A DNA stretch of 64,000 nucleotides from Antedon mediterranea (taxonomy: Eukaryota; Animalia; Echinodermata), in assembly GCF_964355755.1 (NCBI RefSeq), contig NC_092678.1, positions 23,515,365 through 23,579,364 on the forward strand. Reading direction: 5' to 3'. The position numbers were made by a program, and so were the translations under genes. This document shows, piece after piece, positions 39,101-51,100 of this stretch; the first letter of the stretch is position 1; every line of letters starts with the position of its first letter. The notes beneath the pieces are model-generated. The model was not told where the DNA came from. It saw nothing but the letters and a program-made list of their open reading frames with translations, and ran no database searches.

Positions 39101-42100
39101 TACATGTCTATCGCCCTCTACAGAATAGAACCTCGTTACTTGTGCATGCAGTAGGTGAGTTTAGCTACAACTGGTTTTTATCATCAAATTTATATACTAT
39201 TATCAGAAGTGATGTAAGGTAGGGTCAAAGGGTCAACCATTATTTGCTAGAATTTTATAAAATCTGCCTCCCACATTTGCTGCTACTGATAAAACAAGTT
39301 AATGGTTGTGTTCTTGATTATTTCTTTTATAAAAATTTCTATCTTCGTTAGTTTTTCAATAGCAAGCCAAGTCATGCCACGTTTAATTAATCCTCCACCT
39401 ATCAACAGATGAAGTGCAAATATAGAATATCTTTGTAAGCCAGAAACAAAGATTTTAACAACAAAACGAATTGTACTTATCCAATTGGTGGTTAATTTTA
39501 GAATCATTATTTGGCACGTGTAAGTAAAATATCGGCCAAATACTATACACTAGGCCAATTGCCAACAAATAAGTTGCCGATTTTTTCAGACGACGATTGA
39601 TAGTATGATTTTAATTATGTAAAGGCAACCAAAAGTTTTATTCAACCTTTTTTAGGTTCTGTCTAGGATACTTTCAACAATTTATTTTGTTCAAATTTGT
39701 CACTACATATACAAAATATATATGTGACATTTATATAGCGATATTTCGTAAAGATCAGAGCGCTTTGAGTGTTATTAGTTGATTATTAAAATTATCTAGA
39801 CTCTGAACAGGAAATAGGCTAACCAAAGACAACCCATTAATTACAATAAAAAAATACATATATAAATATAAATAAAAAGGTAGATTTCTCTAAAATATAT
39901 CCGAGCAATGAATTTGTTAATTTTATATATAAAAAAAATTATTTATCCTATATCTTATATTTTAGAAACAAGCGTCTGTAGATGAAGCTAAATTCACCTA
40001 TTGCCACCATTATTAATTTACAGAAAAGTTTCAAGTTCAATTTGCAAATTAATCATTTTCAACATAATCACTATGCCTTGTACTTTCCACAATACATCAC
40101 TAATTATTTCATGTTTTGAAAAGCAATTAATTTAGTGGTTAAATGAAGGCAATTGTGCAATATCATGGCTTGATAGCCTATCGTACATGTGTAACTAATG
40201 ATGGCTCATATGGGATTCATTGGGCTACGCATCAACCAAGTTGATACAAATGCGCCAAACCTGTTCTTATAGCCAAGTCATTCTGAAATATAAATTTGTT
40301 TTTAACCTCGCATTGATGTCTATTCCGATTAATTTAAAAAAAATAAATTTCTATTTTAAAACATTAATCAAATTGTTCATAATACAAATGATATTAAAAT
40401 ATTGGAACATGTTTATTAAAAGTTCTCAATTAGCTCTCATAAGCAAAAACATTTACACTAAGCCTGGATTCACACACAACATTTTGTATGGAATTCAGAA
40501 TGAATCAGAATCTTAAGTTCTGTCTACACATCAAAACGTGATGTGCCCATATATGGACACGATGATGTCATATCTCTACCATATTTGGCCACATCACACT
40601 TTTCTTTCATAAACAGACACTACACTCATTTTTTATGAATTTTTATTCTGGAAATCAGATCCGATCTCGGTGTGATCATAACCTGCAACCCGATGATTAC
40701 ATGACTAGTTCCATAGTATAAATCCATATTATGTATTCTTCATAGGAAATCATATCTTAGGCTCTGTCCACACTATCAAAAAATGTGATATGCCAATATA
40801 TGGACATCATGATGTCACATTACTACCATACCATATTTGGGTATATCACTACCATATTTGGGCACATCACACTTGTTTTTGTCAAACTAGTTTGATAGTG
40901 TAGACAGAGCTTTAGGAATGTTTCAATTTAAAGTAAATAGAGTTGGTTTCTGAATATGATTTACTTAAAGTGGCAAATTGTTTCAGGTGTGAATTCTAAA
41001 GAAACATAAAGTTTCACTCCACAAGGTGTTTAACACAGTGAGAACAGGTGTTGGCAAATGACATTACACATAGTTGTCTTATTTCACATTCCTAGGTAAC
41101 ATCTTACACCCATCACCTTAAGGATGCTCTGTCAATAAAATCCACCAAGTCGTGGCCAAATAGACAGATTGAATGCAGCGTTTACAATATAATAAATTTA
41201 CCATTACTAAAATGTACTAATTGTCCAAATATGGTAGTGACATGCTTAAATATAGTGGTGATATGACATCATCATGTTTATACTGTATATGAGCACATCA
41301 CAGTTTTCTGTCATATAAAGTTTGATAGTGTAGAAAAAGCTGAAGTTTTTAATTTTTTTATGAACAAAAGAATACTGTCATCATCTTTGCATATTAAATT
41401 GGTCACAATTTTAGCAAATAAATTAGATGGCTTCTAATTTAGGACTAAAAGGTTATAATAAAATTTCTGTAAAACAACCCCAAATTTCATCTTTAATTTG
41501 ACATTCCAACGAGACATCAACAAATGTTTTCATCTCTTGCAAGTTTACCTAATATCATGTCTGTAAAATTATATGTCAATTCACATTACCTGACAACAGC
41601 ATCTTTATTGTGATATTCCGTCGTTTATCCATGTAATGGATTATATTCCTCTGTTGGATTCCGTGTGGATTTAATTTGTAACAGTGTCTGATTATCGAAT
41701 TCCACTCGGTTGGGTTCCTGACTCCAAACCTCACACTCAAAATAAATAGCTTTATATGAATAGCTGTCAAGTCCATCTCGGGTAATTCTTGACTTGTTGT
41801 AAATAGAAATATCATGTACAATTTATATAAATTGATCTTGAATTAGTTGTATTACATTTGTTAACATATACATTATCAATTACAGTAAATCCAATTCAAC
41901 GGCAAAAAATGAGTATCTATCAGTAGCCAGATCTCAATAGAGTTACAAAATAAAATAAGCAAAAAGCTAAATCAAAATGATTCATAGAAAATTAATGGAC
42001 CAACAGATAAATGTCCTATCCATAATAAACAATGAGAGTTCCTCATATATTATTGTTGTCAGGTTTTCGTTTGGTAGGAAGTTACATTTCAATAAAAGAT

Positions 42101-45100
42101 AATGTAAGATTTTCATTTGTATTTATTTTAATGTTGTGCTTTTCTCTTTTCCCCTCACCAGGCCTTCTTCAAAGTTCACATCTAGTAATGTCAGAAACAG
42201 AAAAAACTACATCATCCCATCTTATACAAACTGATATCCACCCAAAACATGGATTTAAGAGAGATTTAATTCGCTTGGTTGGCAACATGTGTTTTAGACA
42301 TAAAGATAACCAGAATAAGGTAAGACCTTGCATCATGAGCAGTTACACTAATCCTTGCATGCTTGTTCACATGCTTGCTCATGAGCAGTTACACTAATCC
42401 TTGCATGCTTGTTCACATGCTTGCTCATGAGCAGTTAGACTAATCCTTGCATGCTTGTTCATATGCTTGCTTATGAGCTGTTAGTCCACTCATTGCATGC
42501 TTGATTATATGCTTGCTCATGAGCAGTTAGTCCACTCATTGCATGCTCGTTCATATACTTGCTCATGAGCTGTTAGTCCACTTCTTGCATGCTTGTTCAC
42601 AGCTTGCTCATGAGCTATTCATCGCGAAATGTATCCACCAATTCCAGTGTCCCAATCCAGCCTGATTTTTTTTACAAAAGAACTCTCACAGACTTAGTTT
42701 TTGATGCGCATTCATTCTCCGTTGCTGAAGCTATGCAATTTACAGTATAATGAATTACAAGAAGAGACCAGTTCAACCATTAGGTACAGTCCTAAGCGTG
42801 GTTGCCACTAGCGACGCAACACAAGGACGTAACGCAACGCAAGTGAATTGACCAATCACAAGCGATGGCTTATTCGCTTCTGATTGCTAACTGTCTATAA
42901 CTTCGCTGGTCATTGGTTAAAACGCTTGCGTTGCGTTTACGTCCTTGCGTTACGTTCTAGTGGGAACCAAGCTTTACTACTGGAAATCAAAGTACGTAAT
43001 TATTTGTTTAGGCTCCCACAGTAGGACACAAATTTGTAGGTTTAATAATTTGTACTGGCCTAGCTAGATACGGTTTAACATACTTATACACATACTGTAT
43101 ACAATCAAAATTTAGTGAATAAGTCAGTTTAGGCAATCCTTATTAGGTAGCCAGTCTAGGCAATTCTTATTAGGTAACCGTTCTAGGCAATCCTTATTAG
43201 GTAATCAGTCTGGACAATCTATATTAGGTAGCCAGTCTAGGAAAGTCTAGGCATTCCTTATAGGTAACCGTTCTAGGCAATCCTTAGTAGGTAATCAGTC
43301 TAGGAAATCCTTAAGGTAACCGTTCTAGGCAATCCTTAGTAGGTAATCAGTCTAGGCAATCCTTATTAGGTAGCCAGTCTAGACAATCCTTATTACAATA
43401 GCCAGTCTAGGAAAACCTTATTAGGTAACCAGTCTAGGCAATTCTTATTTGTTAATCTGTCTAGGTAATCCTTGTAGCCATAGGATAATTTCTTATTATA
43501 GTTAGTTGTAGGCTGTTAAGACTTACATTGGTATAACTTTGCCCATAATTTATATTCACTTTTAATACTGATTTATGATTAATTTAAAAGGTCTACCGTG
43601 TATTAATAACAAAAATAATACAGAAAAGATGACAAATACTGTATAAAGCTCTGGTTTTTATGATTTTAATAATAAACATCATTGTATTTTAGACATTGTA
43701 GAGAGTTGATTACGAACATCTCGACCTGCTTCATGTCATTCTTTGCCTCTGCACTTGTCTTGTATATTGTGCATCATATAATTTTAACCATTACACTTGA
43801 GAATGAATCTCTGCTACGTTACAGAAGGTAGAAAGAGAATGTTTAATACTTCCGTTGTTATAGCTAACTTAGTATCATTACCAATTTGTGGTGGAACTTT
43901 TGTTAATTGATATTAATTATTAGCGTTAAAAACCATGGAGTTAGGGATTATTACCGCGTTGTTTACAGTTGTAGCAAAGTATGCTTAAATGCCATGTGTA
44001 GGAGAGGACAGTAGGAACCCACCCACATCTGTGGATTACATTGTTAAGACCCTGGGCTACTGCGGTAGCCCACCTGGGTCACTATAAACAACTCGCCCAC
44101 TACTTCCTGTGAAAAACATTTATATTATATAGTTGTGTTATTAAAAATATCTACACAATTTAAAGTATGGAATCTTTGATCAATCTATCTGTAATATAAG
44201 TTTAAGCATGGAGTAATTATTACTGGATGGTTTAAGTAACCAATCTATTTCATGTTGTTGTAGCGGCCTGTCTTCGTCTTAAGGCACATGGCTGTCATTG
44301 ATGGATACTTAGCATCAGACTTCACTGCTGGTGTACTCAAGATCTACAATCATGTTATACACTGTTGTATACACAAAGAGATAGAAAAAGAACGTTTCTT
44401 CTATCTCATTTCATTACCCTCTCATATTGAATATGGTAATGTTTAAACTACCCATCTGAGCCAAGCATAATATTAAGTTACCTTATTTTCCAATTAAGTT
44501 AATAACTGGTTTATCTTTTTTGAAATCTTTTAAGCATTATGTTGTGAATTATGTGCTGGGAATCTGGCAGAATTCTAGGCTGAACTTCATGTTGAGTCAA
44601 CACTAATTTCGTCATCAATTATTCAATTTAAAATCCTAATAGAAATGAGATTGTTTCGGAACCTGAGAGTACAAAACATAATAATGTGCGATGATTGATT
44701 GCCTTTTATTTGTAGGCTAGGCAATTACATAATAACATTGATAAAAACAATTAATAGTGAATAAATCTGAAAGTATAGAACCCCTTTGGATACCCCTATT
44801 ATTTCCCATAAAAGTAAAAATATATGTTCTAACACTGCAGCCTTTTCAGGAGACAACCATATAAGGTGACACTTTGTTGGGTACCAAAGGTGTCGCCTTG
44901 TATTAAAAAATTGCATTACAAAAAGGTCGAAGAATGTCTTGATTTGATTTTGATTTTATTTGATTTCATTTTCAGCATCATTAAAAAAAAAATTAATATT
45001 AGGCAGTAACATTTCACTGTTTTGCTAGTAAATTTAGTGTGGTTGAAATCTAGATAGATAGGCACATAAACATGATTTTGTACAGACAACAATGAATTTA

Positions 45101-48100
45101 GTAATTTTACCGCTAAAGATGCTTCAAAGTCACCCATCATCTGTATTCCTTATATTCATCAACATATCTCTTCCATTTGGATGAACCAATCAAATTGCAT
45201 TTAACTACGTTCGTTAGTTACGTGTGATTGCGAAACACAATGTTCGTTTTATAATGAACTAATAAATCACTGGATTAATGTTGTTAATTAGTCTCCGTGT
45301 ACCAGGTGCTAGAAATAATTGTAAATGAGGATCCATAAAACAATAAACATTAAATGGATACACTCTAATGACATTATTAATCACAACGTTGTTAGACATT
45401 TTATAGGTAAATTTCCTTTTAACGACTTCATCATTATTTCAACACCTTTTTATCACTTTTTGTTGTTTGTTGTAATTCAAGTAAAACATTGCATCGGAAT
45501 TATGATCTGTCTAAACCACTGATTTAGAATTGTGAAAAACGTTAGGAGTGTGCCCTCTATGTTCGTAGGCTACTTCCGGGATATATTGAATGTTCCTATA
45601 ATATTAATATAGTCTACTGTAGGCGTCAACATTGTATTGATTATCAACTGTCTTGATTAATCATTGATTAATGTATATCCACACACCAAACCCACTATGT
45701 AGTTCACTTGATTGTTAAGCTCTGTCCACACACAAAAATTTGTGATGTGGTCAAATATGGTAGTGATATGACATAATCGTGTCCATATATGGACATATCA
45801 GATTATTTTGTCACATAAAGTTTTATAGTGTAGACAGAGCTTTAGTAAGATGCCCACCTTGATGTCCATTGTCTTGTGTTCAAATCCTGTACGAATCACC
45901 ACAACTCCATTTTCTATTTATGAGATTTAGTTTATTTCCTTGTGCTTGTTCTAATGTTCTTGTCTTGTTAATACTTACTGTAGGCATGGTAACCGAGATT
46001 GTACAAGAGAGAGAAGGACTGTTACATTTTAATATCAAATTGTTTTTCTTTTGAACAATTTTGTAGGAATTTGTAACAAAAAATGTTAAATCTCACGTGG
46101 AATCTGATACATAATAAAGATAAAAAGATTGAGTAGAAGATAAAAGTTTAAAAAAGTTTAAAAGATGAAGATGAAGATTACCCTAAGGTGATACCACAGG
46201 CTTGCGGAAATGGTCTATAGTCAATGAATTACACATTAATCAGAAAATCAGAATCAAGGTCACATGATCACCTAATATCACCTGATTATTCCCACCCTCA
46301 TCAACGATTTGTTTGTTTGTTCTCCTTAGCGACTTCCAAACTAGAGGGAGTTTCAGTAAACCCTACGGCTGTTTACAAGCTGACTACAAACTTTGTTCAG
46401 ATATAGCACAGGCTATTAGCTCTAGGCCACCTGCTGTAATTTGTAACAGTTGCAAAACTCTGGTACGACCAGCCTGCTACCTGCGTCTTTTGACCTTTAG
46501 TTCGCCTTCGCTGTTTCACCGGGCCTAGCTTATAATTTTAGATAAATATTATGTTGTGAATGTCTTGGCTTTTGAGGACTGGGTCATGTCAATTTAAACA
46601 GCCAACGGTTATAAATTGAACATATTAAATTAAATATTGAATTTTTAGAACATTTCACCTATATCAAAATAATTACTTGCATGACCTAAGAATGATACTG
46701 GTGTATGAAAAAAACTTAAGGTTAACCATTATATTTGATTGACGTATTAAACAAAATTTACTATCAAAATACTCACAGCTAAATGTAACAATATTTTAAT
46801 TGTGAAAATACTTCACCATGTTCAAAGGGTTTTGTGTTTCAGAATAAGTTTTAGTTACTGTAATTATTTTCCCGAACAATTGTTTATTTTAAGTTGATAG
46901 GATCATGTTCATAATAAGCCTTCTGGTGTCCACAATGCATAAATGAACGTTTTGTGTTTTATGTCTCATATTTAGACCACCAATGGTTAAGTAATTAAGT
47001 AATAATAATATATTTAAATTAAGATTTGGGATAAATTATTAAAATAAGTATCATAGTTTAATGAATAATTGAATTAATTTTTACATACAAGTAAATGGCA
47101 TAACTTTTTATAGCAATTTTATTTAAAATACTAGTTGATTAGTTTACTCTTAAAAACTTTTTATACATTTGTTCTTGCGTTCTTCCTAATGACGTCGTGT
47201 TATCAGTCTGTGATCTTATGCCTTCGGCCACAATGCAGTCTTCCTTCATTATTGCCAGCAATTTGTTTGGTATTTGTTAAGCTTTAAGGGAGACAAAACA
47301 TCTAAGATTTAGAAAAACTTGTAAAAACATATTTCTAACAATCACACAATTTACCACTGATTCCACGAATAGAACCAACTCCTCGTTATTTTTATGTGTT
47401 CTGGTATTGGAAACTTTTTCTATCTTTTGCATCTCTGTTCTGTTTTTTTGCAACATTTAGGGTGTTGCTGTAGGCCCGCTGTAGGTCTGTAATAATTCAT
47501 AGCCTATGCCCCAGGGTGGGCTTATACCTGCATCAGTACAGTACTTTCTATATTGGATCACATGAGTATCAACAATTGACTTAACTTTATTCTCAAGAAC
47601 TCTTCTTGTCTAATTGTTTAATTCTTTGACCAGAGGTACTGATTTAGCTGAAACACACTTTTTGAATTGTCCATTTAAGAGTCTATGAATGTCCATTTAA
47701 GAATCTATGAATGTCCATTTAAGAATCCATGAATGTCCATCATTCTTCGTCATTTAAAGCAATCTATTTAGGGAATTTATCAGCCTTTTTACAAATAATC
47801 TGCTTAGTTCTATATTCTTTTGTGTTATTTTACCAAGGTGACTTGACAATTGTTTGTCAAATTGACAGTACAGTAAGGCCCCTTTCACACTACCAGAAAA
47901 TGTTTTTGAATCTCTAAGAAAAAGATATTATTGAATAGCTTATTTGGGTGTTGTTCACTTCAAATATGATGGGTTTATGGTTGGGTTGTTTATTGGATGA
48001 AAATGCAAAAAATAACTAGTAATTTTGTAATCAATTTTCTAATCAAACAATATGTAGGTCTACTACTACTAGCTGTCTTTTAGTATATGATTTAAACTAT

Positions 48101-51100
48101 AGCACCTTAGTCTAAAATCTTTCTCATTTCTGACTTGCGTGATTAGTGTATTACACCTGAGGTCAAAGACGTAAGAGTCTTTTCTTGTTGCATACCTACA
48201 TTTAACGGAAATGATTGTGTTGATGTATGTGTTGCTTTTGTTTGCTACAACAAGATCATTAACTGTATCATTTATCAAACATTGTTTGAAAGCTGCTCAT
48301 ACTTAACTTGAAATATAGCAACGGAACTTAGCTTATTTAAGGTAAATACAACAGCAGGATAATGATACTTGCAGAAAATAGTACAGACATATCCTGTATA
48401 CCGTGTGAGTGATCGCATTTCTGGGTGGCTCAAAATCGTTGTTGAGATCCGCTTGAATAATTAATTGTGTTGAGGTATATATCACAGCAGGATGGTATGG
48501 TTAATATATGTGCAGTTAGGTTTTAGTGTTTATCAAGTCTTTTCACTTGTTTTAAACTTATTTTGCTCGCTTTGTTCTGGTACGTTTCAGGATGTAGTCG
48601 GGTGTTTTTGTAAGAGAATGTACAGGTGTATACTGTATGATCAATTAACTTCCTTTTTATATAGGTATTTTAATTATACATGTTCAGTGGGAAATTAGTA
48701 ATTAAATGAAGTATAGTGTTCATCCCACCTACTGCAATAAAGGACATTTTTTAGAAAATAAAAACTTTAGTATAAATTGTTTAATAGGGAGAGAGTGAGT
48801 GGCCGAGCGGTTAAGACAGTGGAACCGTAATCACGTAGCCATAACATCGGCAGGGGTTCGAGTCTCACTCACTCCATGGTTCTGGTGGTAGAACGAGTCT
48901 TCTCGGATAAGGACTATAAACCGTAGGTCCAGTGTACACAACTTGGTCGTGTGCACTTTAAAGAACCTAGTACATCTTTCGAGACGAGTAGGGGGGTTAC
49001 CCCGGTGTATTAGTACATCACAGCCACTGATCACCAACTGGGCCCTCTGGGAGATCAGTCTTTGACTGAAGAGGTCACCCAGTATAAAGATAAAACAAAC
49101 AAAACAAACAATACTGTATTCATAATCAATTAAAGATAACATTTTACCTCCATTTTCATCATATATTTTCCATAGAAAATTCAATAAACAAACTGCATAT
49201 TTTAGGATTTTAAACTTGTGACCTCATGGTGAATGAAATAGCAATTCTGTTTATATAACTATATAGTTTAATACAGACTTAGAGTATATAGTGTTTACTA
49301 TGACTTTAGTTTAAATAGCACATTTTATTATGTACTATAAATATAACACTGTAGTGTGTGATGTAACACAGCAGTGTAGTGTTTAAGAGTATTATATTAT
49401 TAACCTCAGAAAAAGATTGGAAAGCTGTGAGATGTGGTTTCTAAGGAGAATGATGAGAATTCCATGGACAGATAGAGTTAGTAATGAAGATGTATTGATA
49501 AGAGCTGGAGTATGCAGGAAACTACTGAAGGATATTAGGATTAGACAGATGAGATTCATGGGACATGTGTTGAGGAAGGGAGGTCTGGAGAACTTGGCAT
49601 TAACAGGGAAAATAGAAGGAAGAAGGAGCAGGGGGAGGAAAAGAGTCGCTTGGTTGGCCAGCATAGCTGAATGGATTCGGAATAGAGGCGTGAATACCAA
49701 AGAAATGGAGTTGCTGAATATGGCAATAGACAGAGAATTGTGGCACAACATGATCGCCAAAGTCTCATGATATGGCACTTCGAGAGAGAGATATTATTAA
49801 CTAGTAATATTTTTAATCACTAAAATGATGCAGTTTATTTCTCCATAATGGTTTAATAGAATATAACTGTTTAAAGTTGAAAATAAATATCAAATTAACA
49901 AAGTAAATATAGACAGATAAAAGTCAGTAGGAGATATATTGACATTAGCCATGAATACCTCAAGTGTTAATGACAATGCATTTAATGTTTGTCCTAAGTC
50001 ATAAATTGTGCAATTTTTGTTAACTTTGTGATCAGTTTATAACCTTACTATTTGCCTTAGCTACTTGAACCTCTACAGTACACATACAGTGGGTTTATAT
50101 TTAATGTACTTTTTAGGGTGTTTCTCTTGTTTGGGACCCCTTTGGAAACAACAAGCCTTTAGACTTAAAGGCTTATCCCCTGCTGCTTTACATGTTTTAT
50201 TTTTTAAGTTCCGTTCTTGGAAAACAATAAATATTACTTACTTAATACCTATTTATACTTCTAGAGTTTTGTAGTGATATTCATTGTATCAGTGTACAAT
50301 TAGACTAGTAGGTATTTAACTAGTTTAAACATCTATCAATGAGGTATTATTTAACTCTGGTGTTACAATGTTCAGTCTGTCTGTGTGTCCTCCTTAAGCA
50401 ATTAATTTCATTATAACGTCCAATGAATTCAAGTTTTACTTTTTCAACTTGTGGATAAAAGAAAAACACTCTGTAATACCTCTTATAAAGTACGTTTCAA
50501 TTCTTTTGTTTCTTGCTTTCCCACATGGGCTTTAGACATAACCATAAGATTGCTGCAGCACCGTTTATTACCTTCATTATTTTATCCAGGTTAAATTGCT
50601 TCTAAGGTATCTGAAATATGTCTTTTTGGAATATTATGTGTTTAATTGCCTAGAGTATCGATTAGCGCTTTGTCTAATCCCTAAATAGCCGCTCTTGCCA
50701 TGTCTGTACTGTTAGTTTATTTGCTGTTCTCTTTTGATGTAGAGTTCAGACTTAGCGGTACTGTGTGTAAGTTAAGCTGGTATAGAGTGCAGTCGGCTAA
50801 GCTGCTGGTATCCACAGTATAGTAAAGTCTCTAGATTTCCTCTGGGCCCTGGTATATCCATGTGCATGCTAATGTGCCATTTAGTCTTGTCGGATAAGCT
50901 GGTGCTAATCACGTTGTTGTGGCCTAAATTGTTAAAGTTACCTTAGGGGCCTGTGTAATTCTCACTTATTGCACTCCCTCCACTTGGTTTGCGGTGTCCT
51001 TTAACAAAAAAAATAGTGTACCCATTCCTTACCTTAATACCTTTCCATTCATACGCACATGACCAGTGGATCAATGTCTGAAGCACGAGGCAATGAGAGT

